Sequence record: SRR31156797_636
Strand: one strand, 5' to 3'
DNA: 64,000 nucleotides
In this document: positions 38,762-49,437 of the stretch, one piece after another
Layout: each line of letters starts with the position of its first letter
Position numbering within the stretch: the stretch's first letter is position 1
Notes under the pieces: generated by a model
Databases searched by the model: none
The model's input: only the letters and a program-made list of their open reading frames with translations
What the model was told of the DNA's origin: nothing
Program-made: the position numbers and the translations under genes

Positions 38762-40279
38762 CTAATTGATGCGGTACAAGGCCATCCACCCCCTCGGGCC
38801 GGAAGCGTATCCAACACGAGTGAAAGTATTACCGTTTTTATCTATGAACCCTTTCGGAAACTCTATACGTCTCACTCGCCACACAGCAAGGGCTTGATAT
38901 TCTGAAACCCGCTGACCGAACTCGTTGACCACAGTCACGGTCTCATCAAACGGAACCCTGTGTTGCTTCATCCGTCTGGCACTGGTCATCGGATGAAACT
39001 GCGCATCCGGTTTGCTCGCGGCGGTCCATGATGCCGAATATTCACTCTCTGCCAGCACCTTTGCTCCGAGCGGCAGCCAAGAGAACATCTCCCTATGATC
39101 CAAAGGAAACGCATTGACCTTCCTGTCAAACAAACCAGGGTCCTTCAGCAGGTCAAACACATGCATGCCCTTGGATTGCGCAAAGCAGCCGACCACCACA
39201 CAGATCGAGACGAAGATCGGAACCAATCGAGAACGAAAGGTGACAACCTGCTGCCACAGGGAAACGAGCAAGGCGGCCGCCAGGAATGCAAAAATCGAAT
39301 AATGGCACAGATAGACAGACTGCCTCAAGGAAAGGCTCACATCTCCGGTACTCATCACGACCGTCATCAATATCTGAAAGACAAAACTCCCGTAGGCAAA
39401 AAACCACAGGCGAATGCATCTACAGCGCACCGACGCATCAAGGATGGATAGAGCTCCCACGACAAAAACAAGTACCTGAACATACGACGCTCGAGCCAAA
39501 CGGGTTATCTGAACGGTAAAATATTTCCAGTAACTCGTCAGAGTCGCCTCTCCGCCCAAGGCATCCGGGGTAAAATCCTTGTATCCCCCCAGATCAGCTC
39601 CACCAACAAAGAACCAAAAGACGATCAGCCACGGCAACATGCCCGCCAGCATCAGGAGGCCGTTCTTAATAAACTGCTTGGGATTGATCGAAGTCTCCAG
39701 AAGCAAAGGCCAAAAAAGGCAAAATAACAACGTATGGTACCGCACCCAGAACATCATCCCCAGCATGAAGCCGATGAGTATAGGCCGTTTGGGGCACGCA
39801 TAGGTGAGCCACAGTGACGCCATGAACAGGGCCAGAAAAACAGTCTCGCTCAACGGCTGGGTGATCGAAACGCTCAAGGCGTGAGATGAAAGCAAAAAGA
39901 CGAGAGAGAAAAACGCTGCGAATTCATTCATCAGTTTGCGCTGGTAAGCAAAACCGAAACAGCATATGGCGATTAGCCCAGGAACATTGATCAAATAGAC
40001 CGGTATCTTCAACTCAGGCTGTCCCGTTATCCACGCCGAACCACCGGAAAGAAGGGCATAGCCGATATTGTAGCGCAATTCGGAAACGTCGGTCAGTCCC
40101 ATCAGGAACCGTAAACCCGGAATCATGTAATCATGCACGGAGTCCGCACGCGAGACGATGCCCCATCGCCCAATAGCCCCCAGATAGGTGAGCACGGCAT
40201 AAACGAGAACCATACTCACAAGTAGCCAACTCAACCGATCCGTATTTTTCGAAGATTCAATCAAAGGTATATCCACCAA
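38762..40279 (-). CDS. Polytopic membrane protein, putative GT-C glycosyltransferase
   Basis: ADSVHDY loop, IGYALL, PLSETVF, GFMLGMMFWVRY, LPW; C-terminal soluble region. Confidence 0.65.
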   Translation of the reverse strand: MVDIPLIESSKNTDRLSWLLVSMVLVYAVLTYLGAIGRWGIVSRADSVHDYMIPGLRFLMGLTDVSELRYNIGYALLSGGSAWITGQPELKIPVYLINVPGLIAICCFGFAYQRKLMNEFAAFFSLVFLLSSHALSVSITQPLSETVFLALFMASLWLTYACPKRPILIGFMLGMMFWVRYHTLLFCLFWPLLLETSINPKQFIKNGLLMLAGMLPWLIVFWFFVGGADLGGYKDFTPDALGGEATLTSYWKYFTVQITRLARASYVQVLVFVVGALSILDASVRCRCIRLWFFAYGSFVFQILMTVVMSTGDVSLSLRQSVYLCHYSIFAFLAAALLVSLWQQVVTFRSRLVPIFVSICVVVGCFAQSKGMHVFDLLKDPGLFDRKVNAFPLDHREMFSWLPLGAKVLAESEYSASWTAASKPDAQFHPMTSARRMKQHRVPFDETVTVVNEFGQRVSEYQALAVWRVRRIEFPKGFIDKNGNTFTRVGYASGPRGWMALYRIN

Positions 40280-40778
40280 GTTTTACGTATACCTTGTCAT
40301 CCTTGAGTTTCCTGTACGCGAACAAAAAGAGCACAAAAAACAACGTATCGGCAATCCACCCCCAAAGGTTCTGAATATCCATGGCAAGCGGCGGTTGTAT
40401 CGGGTCCACGAAAGGGAATAATGGGAACATGAACCAATTGTGATATTGGTTGGGAATGATGTCAAAGGAACTCATGACAAAACCGAGCACTAAATCTCCG
40501 GTCACATGGGAAAGAACGCAGAGCCACAGGACAAAAAACCATGTTTTCATTCGCGAGTTTTTGAAGACCGCGGTCAACAACGTCACGACCATCAAAAATA
40601 TGCCACTGTGGAACAGATTTTTCCCGGACGAAAAACAGCCAATCCAATAGAGGGGTTTATCCACCAGATCCGCAAGATTCGCCAGCAGGATGACGGCAAT
40701 AAAGCCGACTACCGACAGCTGAATCCCAAACAACCAGGTCAGGACAAGTGCGAAAGCTGCATGAGTATGAGGAAGCAT
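40257..40778 (-). CDS. YdjM-like membrane-bound metal-dependent hydrolase
   Basis: HTH, LADLVDK, FHS, SHVTGD, FPLFP. Start placed at MLPHTH. Confidence 0.7.
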   Translation of the reverse strand: MLPHTHAAFALVLTWLFGIQLSVVGFIAVILLANLADLVDKPLYWIGCFSSGKNLFHSGIFLMVVTLLTAVFKNSRMKTWFFVLWLCVLSHVTGDLVLGFVMSSFDIIPNQYHNWFMFPLFPFVDPIQPPLAMDIQNLWGWIADTLFFVLFLFAYRKLKDDKVYVKLGGYTFD

Positions 40779-41044
40779 GAAAGAACCCACCCCTTTCTTT
40801 GTGAATGGAAGCCTCCCCGAACCGACGGGAAGCCTTTCCATGATGAAAAAAGAATGTCACACAGGCCAAAAACAAGGAAATAAGGACAACTGAAAACGAC
40901 CGAAACCATCAACTCAACTGACACAAAACATTCATCAAATCAAAATTGCCAACAAGCTGCAAACATGGTAAATATTATATTCTATTATTTTTATCCAACG
41001 CGCCAACCAGTCCCTCTACACCGCGACCAGCGCGCATATAGCAC

Positions 41045-42355
41045 ATGGCCGATCATTTTTCCAAGATCTACAACAAGACGTCCCGACAACTAAAACACGA
41101 CATCGCCGCAAGTATCGTTATATGCGGTGCTGGCGTCGGCCTTGCCGGAGCAGCCTTCTTCCTCATCGGTGCCACCTTCGACAGGGCTGTGCTGGGGACC
41201 TTTAACCTGTCTTACTTCTTTTTTATTATCACTGGGCAGATAGCAGCCTTCGGTATCCAAAATGCTGCCCTATACTACGTCCCTTCGGTAACGGATAATA
41301 TAGCGGCCAAATGTCGTGTTGGCACAACGGTCATTCTACTAGTCGCACTAGTCTCTCCATGTATCTCAATCTGCTTGTACTTCTCAAGCGACTTCTTCAG
41401 CATTCTTTTTTCAATCCCCCAGTTAAACTACGCCTTGAAGGTCGTTGCCTGTGCTTGCCCGCTTTTCGCTCTAAACAAAGTCATTCTAAACTATCTCAAT
41501 GGATTACAAAAGATACTCGCCTACTCCATCTTTTCCGGCCTGCGCATTATCATTCTGTGCCTCTGTATCATTGCAGCGGTTTTAAAAGGCATAGACAGTG
41601 ATCACCTTGCCCTGGTTTTTCCGGTGACTGAGGCAATACTTGCAACGATTATGTTCATCTACTGCCTCAAGTGCCATTTGTTTGCCCTGCCACATCTCGA
41701 CCTCGGCACCATCGGAGAGACACTCAAGTTCGGCTTCAAGAGTTTACCCATCGGCATCATCCATGAGGTCAACACCAGAGTGGACGTGGTTATGCTCGGC
41801 TTCTTCCTGACCGAAAGCAGCATCGGCATCTACACGCTCCCGGCTATCACCATCGAGTCGATACTGCTCATCGGCTACACAGTCAGAAGAAGCATGGACC
41901 CCATCCTGACTCGACTTTTCTCGACCGGGAACATGAACGAAATCTCAAAAATTATCAGGTTCTGCACCACCAAAGGCGTCTTGGCATCGGCCGCGTTGAC
42001 CACATTGGCATCGGCCGCATTCTGCGTTGTCGTCACATACATCCCAAGCCTGAGCGAATACACTGAATCAATGATTTATCTGGTATATTTGGCCCCCGGA
42101 GCCATCATATGGGGCGCCCTGCTCCCGGTCAGCGGATTTTTTATACAAACCGGCTCACCGCAATTGCAAACATTTCTGATCGCGGCACAGATCACTTTAA
42201 ATGCAACCCTTAACGCCATCCTTATACCATGGTTGGGCACACCAGGGGCGGCAATGGGAACCGGATCCAGCCTCCTGTTGTTTTCCGCCCTGTTCGGTTT
42301 TTTGCTAAAACGGGCATTACATCCCTCTTCAAAAGGCCCAACACGCTCCAAGTGA
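41045..42355 (+). CDS. Wzx-like flippase
   Basis: Polytopic; LGTFN, NTRVDVVMLG, IGIYT, LNAILIPWLGTPGAAMGT. Confidence 0.85.
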   Translation: MADHFSKIYNKTSRQLKHDIAASIVICGAGVGLAGAAFFLIGATFDRAVLGTFNLSYFFFIITGQIAAFGIQNAALYYVPSVTDNIAAKCRVGTTVILLVALVSPCISICLYFSSDFFSILFSIPQLNYALKVVACACPLFALNKVILNYLNGLQKILAYSIFSGLRIIILCLCIIAAVLKGIDSDHLALVFPVTEAILATIMFIYCLKCHLFALPHLDLGTIGETLKFGFKSLPIGIIHEVNTRVDVVMLGFFLTESSIGIYTLPAITIESILLIGYTVRRSMDPILTRLFSTGNMNEISKIIRFCTTKGVLASAALTTLASAAFCVVVTYIPSLSEYTESMIYLVYLAPGAIIWGALLPVSGFFIQTGSPQLQTFLIAAQITLNATLNAILIPWLGTPGAAMGTGSSLLLFSALFGFLLKRALHPSSKGPTRSK

Positions 42356-42491
42356 ACATTGACGGAATGATACATATAACGATAGACAATTCAGTTATCG
42401 ACTATATATTACACGCGGAAAAGACGACACGAAGCAACTTGTCCCGTTCTAAACGACGCTTAATAAACAATTAAAATATTTTCAGGCAAAT

Positions 42492-43385
42492 ATGATGGAA
42501 GGTCGTGCAACATGTCCCGTTTGTTCCAGTCCGAATGTGAACCACCACTCCGACCACGGCATCCATGAACAATCCGTCTTTCAGTGCAAAGAGTGTGACT
42601 TCATTTTCGTCTACCCTCATCGTTCCGAAATCCCTTCCGTGACCTATGATCAAGAAACGCAAGACGACTTCAAGTTCTGGGGATCGAAAGAAGCCGAAAT
42701 TGCATACGCCGCATGGCGAGAGCAGGTTCACAACAGCCTGATCACGCGGATAAGCCATCATCTCAAGGGAAAGAAAATCCTGGAAATCGGATTTGGCGAG
42801 GGGCCGCTTACGGAAAAAGTGGCTCCGATCGTTTCGGAATACTGGGGCATCGAACCCGTTCCGGCGTCACACCAGAGGACGATTGACCGCTTGCACCTCG
42901 CCCCGACCCAGGCTCTCTGCCTCACAGCGGAAGAACTATCATCCGCACCAGCCTTCAAGAAAAAGGAAAACTATTTCGATGCGATCATATTGATCAGCGT
43001 ATTCGAGCACCTTTCGAGTCCCAAAGAAATACTCAGACAATGCAACAAACTCCTCACGCCCAACGGCAAACTGTTCCTCACGACTCCTAATTCTCGGTAT
43101 TTCAAACAGCTCAGACTAGTTCGCCGTCTTTTGGGGATGGAGCCGTGGAGTCATTTTCACATCAGCTTCTTCAAGGAAAAGCACTTAGCTATTCTTTTCG
43201 AAGACACGAATTTTTCCATCAAGGCACGACACTACGACCCGCTGGCAACAGAACTGTCAATCGACTACTTCAAAAAACTGAAAAATTCTAAGTTTGTCGG
43301 TTATGCGATGACCATCGCCTCCCGTTTGGGCATCGACAGACTGTTGCACATCAATTCCCTTTTCTACGAATTAAAGAAAAAATAA
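42492..43385 (+). CDS. Class I SAM-dependent methyltransferase with N-terminal Zn-ribbon
   Basis: CPVC...CKEC, ILEIGFGEG, FDAIIL.SVFEHL, LTPNGKLFLTTPN, HISFF. Confidence 0.88.
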   Translation: MMEGRATCPVCSSPNVNHHSDHGIHEQSVFQCKECDFIFVYPHRSEIPSVTYDQETQDDFKFWGSKEAEIAYAAWREQVHNSLITRISHHLKGKKILEIGFGEGPLTEKVAPIVSEYWGIEPVPASHQRTIDRLHLAPTQALCLTAEELSSAPAFKKKENYFDAIILISVFEHLSSPKEILRQCNKLLTPNGKLFLTTPNSRYFKQLRLVRRLLGMEPWSHFHISFFKEKHLAILFEDTNFSIKARHYDPLATELSIDYFKKLKNSKFVGYAMTIASRLGIDRLLHINSLFYELKKK

Positions 43386-43413
43386 AAAAGTCCTCAGTAT
43401 CAGGAGTTCACAT

Positions 43414-45363
43414 ATGTGTGGTATTTTTGCTGTCGTTGTTGACAAAACAAAGACCTCCCCTCAACTCTTCCATCAAAGCATCCGAAAACTCTTTATGGAG
43501 TCCGAATTGCGAGGTCGGGAGTCTTCGGGGCTGGGAATCCTTTTTGAAAACTCACTGTACGTCCACAAGGAATCAAACAGTGCAAGCCACATGCTTGCTA
43601 CAGACGAATACACCCAGCTTGAAGACTCCATCCAGTGGGATAATACCGATTCTGGCATTGTCGCAGCCATCGGCCACTGCCGATTGGTCACCAACGGGAG
43701 CCAGGCTCTCCACCACAACAACCAGCCCATCATAAAAGAACAGATCGTCGCCGTTCACAACGGCATCATCACTAACGAAGCATATCTTTGGGGCACACTC
43801 AAAAACGAAAAACGCCAATACGACGTCGACACAGAAGTTTTCCTGGCCCGCCTACACGAATCACTCGCCAATGGCCGCGATCTGGAAGGAGCGTGGGCAG
43901 ACTCTTATGCAAATCTTGAAGGCTCCGTCAGCATCTGTGCCCTTCACTCCGACCGCAAGACCCTGGTCTGCGCGACTGACAATGGCTCCCTCTATTTCTA
44001 CCGAGACGAAACCGCCGGGATAACTTTTTTTGCGTCCGAGGCTCCGTTCATCAAGGCTGTGCTGAAAGAATGCGGCCCTCAATTCGAGCTAAAAAGCAGT
44101 TCTATTGAGCACATTGCTCCCAAACAGGGGGTCATGATCGACCTACAGAATTTCACAGCTACGCAATTCGATGTAACTGCTCCTGACTCGCGCCACACGA
44201 CAGCCCCTGTCGCCCCCGGATCAGTCAACCTCATAGATTTTGCAAGCCTGAATTCTCCTGAAAACGTAAACCTGAAAAGATGTACCAAATGCATTCTTCC
44301 TGAAACGATGCCCTTTATCGAATTCGATGAAGACGGTGTCTGCAATTTTTGCAACTCCCACGTCCCAAGACAGGCAAAGGGGGAACAGGCCCTTCTCGAC
44401 ATCCTCGAACCCCACCGCAAGTCCAACAACGAATACGATTGTCTCGTCGGACTCAGCGGCGGAAGAGATTCGACCTACGGTCTCTACCTCCTCAAGGAAA
44501 AATTTGGAATGAACCCGGTCGCGTTCACTTATGACTGGGGGATGGTAACAGACCTTGCCAGGCGAAACATATACAGAACTTGCGGAAAGCTCGGCGTCGA
44601 GCACGTTCTCATTTCGGCAGACATAAGAAGAAAACGGGAAAACGTCAGGAAGAACGTCAAGGCATGGCTGAAAAGGCCGACCCTCGGGATGGTTCCCCTC
44701 TTCATGGCCGGTGACAAACAGTTCTACCACCACGCCAACGTCACCATGAAGAAAATGGGAATCGATCTCATGGTGTTTTGCGAGAACGGCAAATATGAGC
44801 GTGCCCATTTCAAGGGTGGCTTTTGCGGCATCAACGAAGGGGCAAGACGCTCCTTCAATATCTCCGTTCTGGAAAAGCTTAAACTCTTTTCCTACTACAT
44901 CTACCAAATTCTCATAAACCCAAGTTACATAAACACTTCACTCATCGATTCCGCATCGGCAGTCTTTTCAACATACTTCCTGAAACACGACTACCTATTC
45001 CTTTTCGAATACATAGACTGGGTGGAAGAAGAAGTGAACAACACGATCATCTCCGAGTTCAACTGGGAAACATCGCCGGACACCCCAGGTACATGGAGAA
45101 TCGGTGACGGAACTGCTCCGTTCTACAATTACATATATCACACTATAGCCGGATTCACCGAACACGACACATTCCGCAGCAACCAGATTCGCTATGGAGT
45201 CATAACTCGTGACGAAGCTCTGCGCTTGAGCGCGGAAGAAAATAAAATCAGACTCAACTCCCTTGAATGGTATGCGAACACCATCGGCTTCGACCTCAAC
45301 GAAGCACTCTGTATCATCAACTCCGCCAAAAAAATCTATAAAACCGTGAACACCAAACAATAG
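43414..45363 (+). CDS. Fusion of Ntn (class II) glutamine amidotransferase and WbpG/PseA-like N-acetyl-sugar amidotransferase
   Basis: MCGIF, RGRESSG, GHCRLVTNG, HNGII; then RCTKCILP...GVCNFC, LSGGRDS PP-loop, QIRYGVITRDEAL. Confidence 0.8.
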   Translation: MCGIFAVVVDKTKTSPQLFHQSIRKLFMESELRGRESSGLGILFENSLYVHKESNSASHMLATDEYTQLEDSIQWDNTDSGIVAAIGHCRLVTNGSQALHHNNQPIIKEQIVAVHNGIITNEAYLWGTLKNEKRQYDVDTEVFLARLHESLANGRDLEGAWADSYANLEGSVSICALHSDRKTLVCATDNGSLYFYRDETAGITFFASEAPFIKAVLKECGPQFELKSSSIEHIAPKQGVMIDLQNFTATQFDVTAPDSRHTTAPVAPGSVNLIDFASLNSPENVNLKRCTKCILPETMPFIEFDEDGVCNFCNSHVPRQAKGEQALLDILEPHRKSNNEYDCLVGLSGGRDSTYGLYLLKEKFGMNPVAFTYDWGMVTDLARRNIYRTCGKLGVEHVLISADIRRKRENVRKNVKAWLKRPTLGMVPLFMAGDKQFYHHANVTMKKMGIDLMVFCENGKYERAHFKGGFCGINEGARRSFNISVLEKLKLFSYYIYQILINPSYINTSLIDSASAVFSTYFLKHDYLFLFEYIDWVEEEVNNTIISEFNWETSPDTPGTWRIGDGTAPFYNYIYHTIAGFTEHDTFRSNQIRYGVITRDEALRLSAEENKIRLNSLEWYANTIGFDLNEALCIINSAKKIYKTVNTKQ

Positions 45364-45372
45364 AGAATACGC

Positions 45373-46005
45373 ATGAGAAACAAGGAAAAACAGCTCTACC
45401 CCAATCAATTCCTATACTGGATGAACCAGATACTCCTTCCAATTAAACTCATCATCCCTCAAACGATCATTGAAAAGATTCCTTTCCTTCTCACGAACTT
45501 CGACATCCGCGCCGGATTGGTCATTCTGGAGGCTCATGGAAAAATCCTTGATGTCGGTTGCGGAGAAAATCAGATGATCAAGAGATACAAGAATAAAGGC
45601 GGCGAGGGCATGGGCGTCGACGTCTATCCGTGGGACGGGATCGATCTTCACATAGAGGACTCAGCACAACTCCCCTTTGACGACAAATCGTTCGACACGG
45701 TTTCATTCGTGGCCTGCATAAACCATATTCCCAACAGGGCCCACGCCCTCAAGGAAGCCCGAAGGGTACTAGCAGACGATGGAACAGTGGTCATCACGAA
45801 CCTGCCACCCTTCATCTCGAAAATTTGGCACTTTTTCGCCTTTTGGGACAAGGATCTACACGAACGCGGAATGATCGAAGGAGAGGAGTGGGGATTCAGC
45901 AAGCAGGAGATGTTCGATCTGATCGAACAGGCTTCCTTGCAGGTCAACACGTTCTACAGGTTCAGTTTCCTGTTAAATGAAATCTACGTCTGCAAAAAGA
46001 AGTAG
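45373..46005 (+). CDS. Class I SAM-dependent methyltransferase
   Basis: ILDVGCG, LPFDDKSFD, INHIP, EARRVLADDG. Confidence 0.88.
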   Translation: MRNKEKQLYPNQFLYWMNQILLPIKLIIPQTIIEKIPFLLTNFDIRAGLVILEAHGKILDVGCGENQMIKRYKNKGGEGMGVDVYPWDGIDLHIEDSAQLPFDDKSFDTVSFVACINHIPNRAHALKEARRVLADDGTVVITNLPPFISKIWHFFAFWDKDLHERGMIEGEEWGFSKQEMFDLIEQASLQVNTFYRFSFLLNEIYVCKKK

Positions 46006-46079
46006 CTGACCTCTCACGGCCCCTGTTCACCATCTGAAAGAACTCTCGTTCCCTGTCAGTGGGGGGAGGGAGGGACAAC

Positions 46080-46739
46080 TTACGAAACCCATGGCGCCCG
46101 AGCACACACGCACACCTCGTCCCCGCCGCGCAGGGCTTTCGGCAGAGTGCATGAACGGACGAAGAACTTCATCCACTGCCACAATGATTTCGGACGAACC
46201 CGAGTGTCTGGGTCATCGCAGGCCTCCTCGACAACCAACCCCAGATTCGTCACGCCACTTTGCAGCATTTGCAGGGGGTAAAATCGAACATGGGTCGGAT
46301 CAAGCCAAAACGTTTCCGACAGCATCTGCACACTTCGCGGATTTGGCGCCACGAGAATCAACAATCCACCCGGAGACAACAGGCGCACGAACTGCGTCAA
46401 CATTTCGGCAGCAGCATTCGGAGGCAGATGCTCAATGACATTCGAGCAAAATATTCCGTCAAACATTTCTTCTTGCTCCGACAGCCAAAGAAGCCCGTCA
46501 CCCTCAACAACCTCAAGCCCCTTTTCGCGGGCCTTGGCAACAGCCTGACTGTCCATATCCACGCCAACGCCGTCAACCTGTGACTCACGTAACAATTCCA
46601 GAAAAAGTCCTTCACCAGAACCAAAATCCAGAACCCGTTTGCAGCCTCGAAACTTCGCTGCATACTTCCCCTGCTTCTCGCGGATATCGCTACGGCTGGA
46701 GGAAAATTCCTTCGGATTGAATATATCGGTTACTGCCAT
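46080..46739 (-). CDS. Class I SAM-dependent methyltransferase
   Basis: VLDFGSGEG, GVDMD, VIEHL, LSPGG, PNP, FWLDPTHVR. Start placed at MAVTD. Confidence 0.88.
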   Translation of the reverse strand: MAVTDIFNPKEFSSSRSDIREKQGKYAAKFRGCKRVLDFGSGEGLFLELLRESQVDGVGVDMDSQAVAKAREKGLEVVEGDGLLWLSEQEEMFDGIFCSNVIEHLPPNAAAEMLTQFVRLLSPGGLLILVAPNPRSVQMLSETFWLDPTHVRFYPLQMLQSGVTNLGLVVEEACDDPDTRVRPKSLWQWMKFFVRSCTLPKALRGGDEVCVCARAPWVS

Positions 46740-46819
46740 GGTATCCTCTTGAAATGTTGTGTGAAGACCGACACCCGACACCATCCGGCACATGACATCG
46801 GTGAAAAAACATACGTCTA

Positions 46820-48271
46820 TCAGGACGCCCTACCTCTTCTTGCCTGCTCAAATCGAATAATGGAAAAAACCACCAAAGCATAAACACACATGCCTGCGCC
46901 GACACTAAGAAACAGGTGGTCCCTGAGGACATAGACAACCACACCCATTGGAATTGATGCCATGCACGCCCGAAAAACACCTGTATACGATGGAGACAGG
47001 TTGAATTTCCGCTTGATGGCCCAAGCCATATATACGAAAGCGAATACTTCCGTAACCGTCGTTGCACAAGCTGCACCCAAATACGAAAAACTCGGGATAA
47101 ACAGCAGATTAAGAACCATATTCAACGGAACAAGCCAGAGATACACCCGCATGAGGCATTGCTGTTCGTTTCCGGCAATGATCATATTCCCGTGCAACTC
47201 GCCAATGAACATCATGGCTGAAGTGGGTAACAGTATGAGAAAAGTCAACGCAGTGGGCGACAGGCCATGCATGGCTGCCGTAGAAAAGATGCTCGCCCCG
47301 TCGCCAAAACCGGGCCCGGTTATGAGTTTCATGAGCGGATTGGCGAGAATAACGCCTCCCACCAGCATGGGAACGGCCGCCAATGAAAGTGTTTTGTATG
47401 CCCGCGCGTAATGCCTTGGCAAATCCCCCTTCGACTCGGCAAAAGCCCTAGACAAAAGCGGAAAGAGGATTCCCATAAAAACACTGGGAATCACTGACCC
47501 TACCTCTATAATGCGATAGGCCGCGCCATAAATTCCTGAGTGGCTCACCGGTTTGAGCCAGGAGAGCATCATGATGTCCAGACGGAAATAAACGATGGCC
47601 ATAAAGCCGGAGATGCCAAGTGGCACGGCAGGAACAACCATGGACCACATTGTCGGTCCGGAAATAGAAAACGAGAGCCGGGCCAGAGGACGGGAGAATA
47701 CCCAATTTAAGAGACAGATGAGCACTTTCCCGAAAACAAGAATGGCGACTATGGCCAGCAAGCCGTAGCCTGCGCCCAGAAAATACCATGACAGGACAAG
47801 AATACTCACCGAGGCTATGGACTCAGACAATGCCATGAAATGCATCTTGAGCCGTATCTGAAAAATCCCCTGAAACACTGCTGCCAACGAGATGAAGACA
47901 ACAGCACACAACCCGACATGCAATGCGTTCTTTAACGGCTGCGCATATGGCATGAAGGGGATGAAGACAAAGGCAATCGCGAGTGCCGCCAGAGAATACA
48001 GCAATTTGATTAGAAATAGATTTCCGGCCACAGCCGAAAACGACGAACCGGCGATGGACATTTCCCTGATACCGGTCTTTGATAGACCGAAGTCGGCCAG
48101 GGCTGCCGTCACCCCCAGCCAAGCCATAATAACGGAGTAGTCACCAAACCCTGTCTCTCCCAAGCCACGAGTGAGGACTCCCGCCAAAACCAATCCGCAG
48201 ACCATCACAGAAACCTTGCCAGCAAGGATGATCATTGTATTGATATTTATGTCGTCAAAAAATCTGTGCAT
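46820..48271 (-). CDS. Wzx-like flippase
   Basis: LTRGLGETGFGDY, DFGL, YFRLDIMML, GIYGAAYR, LNLLFIP...GAA. Confidence 0.9.
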   Translation of the reverse strand: MHRFFDDININTMIILAGKVSVMVCGLVLAGVLTRGLGETGFGDYSVIMAWLGVTAALADFGLSKTGIREMSIAGSSFSAVAGNLFLIKLLYSLAALAIAFVFIPFMPYAQPLKNALHVGLCAVVFISLAAVFQGIFQIRLKMHFMALSESIASVSILVLSWYFLGAGYGLLAIVAILVFGKVLICLLNWVFSRPLARLSFSISGPTMWSMVVPAVPLGISGFMAIVYFRLDIMMLSWLKPVSHSGIYGAAYRIIEVGSVIPSVFMGILFPLLSRAFAESKGDLPRHYARAYKTLSLAAVPMLVGGVILANPLMKLITGPGFGDGASIFSTAAMHGLSPTALTFLILLPTSAMMFIGELHGNMIIAGNEQQCLMRVYLWLVPLNMVLNLLFIPSFSYLGAACATTVTEVFAFVYMAWAIKRKFNLSPSYTGVFRACMASIPMGVVVYVLRDHLFLSVGAGMCVYALVVFSIIRFEQARRGRAS

Positions 48272-48278
48272 GGACAAA

Positions 48279-49397
48279 TCAGCGCTGTTGAAAAGACAGC
48301 GAGGCCGCAGATTGGATAAATTGGTCGGAGGTATCGACTATCCTGACATTGTCCCCCAGCGGCCTCCACATTTCCGGGGAGCTCTCGCCTTTCCTATAAT
48401 AGGCAATCGTCTGCGTACCGGAGGTGCCGCCCAAGTGGGCGGACAGGGATTCGAGCGCAAACACGACTGAAGCCTCTCCATACAGAGAAAGCAACTCCTC
48501 CAATTGAAAATGACCTGTGTAATCATGCAAACGACGATCAGTCATCGCCTGAATTTCCAACCCCAGTTTGCCTTCATCTGCAGTACCACATACGAGTATC
48601 GCTACTCCTTCAGGCAGGGCGTCAGCCGTTGCGGCCCATACATCCGATGGCAACATTCTTTCTGTTGCCCCGCTACCAGGCTGGAAGATGACAAAAGGGG
48701 ACAATTCCCGTTCCACGACCATATCCCGAACCCCGCTCCGCACAGATTCGGAGACTGACATTTCACACCGTAGCTCTTCGAGGCTCGCCTCTATCCCCAG
48801 CGGCGCGAGAACTTCCAAGTAATGCTCGACTTCGTGTTTCCCGGGAATCCAGGGGACTTCTTCATCAAAAAACCAACCGCCGCCGCCAGTCCCGTGACCA
48901 ACGCAATATCGGCTCCCGGACAAACCGCAGAACGTCACGAGATTACCGCCGAAGGCCCGGAGATTCAGGCACAGGTCATATTCAACTTTCCTGACCTCGC
49001 GAATCGTAAAGTAGAATGATTTCATAAAAATTATTAACTTGTGCCACAGGGAGGCTTTGGACCGATTGAGCATCCAGTGGTCAACGACGAACACATGATC
49101 GACGATGGTGCTATCGCGAATCACAGGCAAACTTCCAGAATTGACGACCATGTCGATCCGGGAATCTGGAAACCGTTTGCGAAGGAGCGGAAGAACGGAA
49201 CTCGTCAGCAGCAAGTCCCCAAGATGGTCCGGCTTAATGACAAGAATGCTGCGCACTTGCCGTGGCATCCCCCGCTTCTTGATCGCCAGCCGTCGCATCA
49301 CGCCGTCAATGCAGGAGAGCAGCAGCACGACTGCTTTGTTGTTGTATAAGTAGCCATGGCACAATTTCCGAATCATAACGTTTAGTCTGTACTTCAC
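48279..49397 (-). CDS. Glycosyltransferase family 9 (heptosyltransferase-like); start uncertain (GTG 49397 or ATG 49376)
   Basis: ILVIKPDHLGDLLL, LRKRFPDSRI, YDLCL, HEVE, QPGSG, ESLSAHL, WRPLG. Confidence 0.85.
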   Translation of the reverse strand: MKYRLNVMIRKLCHGYLYNNKAVVLLLSCIDGVMRRLAIKKRGMPRQVRSILVIKPDHLGDLLLTSSVLPLLRKRFPDSRIDMVVNSGSLPVIRDSTIVDHVFVVDHWMLNRSKASLWHKLIIFMKSFYFTIREVRKVEYDLCLNLRAFGGNLVTFCGLSGSRYCVGHGTGGGGWFFDEEVPWIPGKHEVEHYLEVLAPLGIEASLEELRCEMSVSESVRSGVRDMVVERELSPFVIFQPGSGATERMLPSDVWAATADALPEGVAILVCGTADEGKLGLEIQAMTDRRLHDYTGHFQLEELLSLYGEASVVFALESLSAHLGGTSGTQTIAYYRKGESSPEMWRPLGDNVRIVDTSDQFIQSAASLSFQQR

Positions 49398-49437
49398 GGT
49401 ACTTCTATTGTAAAGATTAACCGTTGGAGGACAGCGG

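Noticed and set aside
40805-40841. Imperfect hairpin with repeated ggaagcct upstream of the hydrolase gene
   Set aside because: Weak interrupted stem with no U-tract or riboswitch-like features.
41981-42018. 14-bp direct repeat ttggcatcggccgc at 24-nt spacing
   Set aside because: Only two copies, encoding LASAA twice in a TM helix; not an array.
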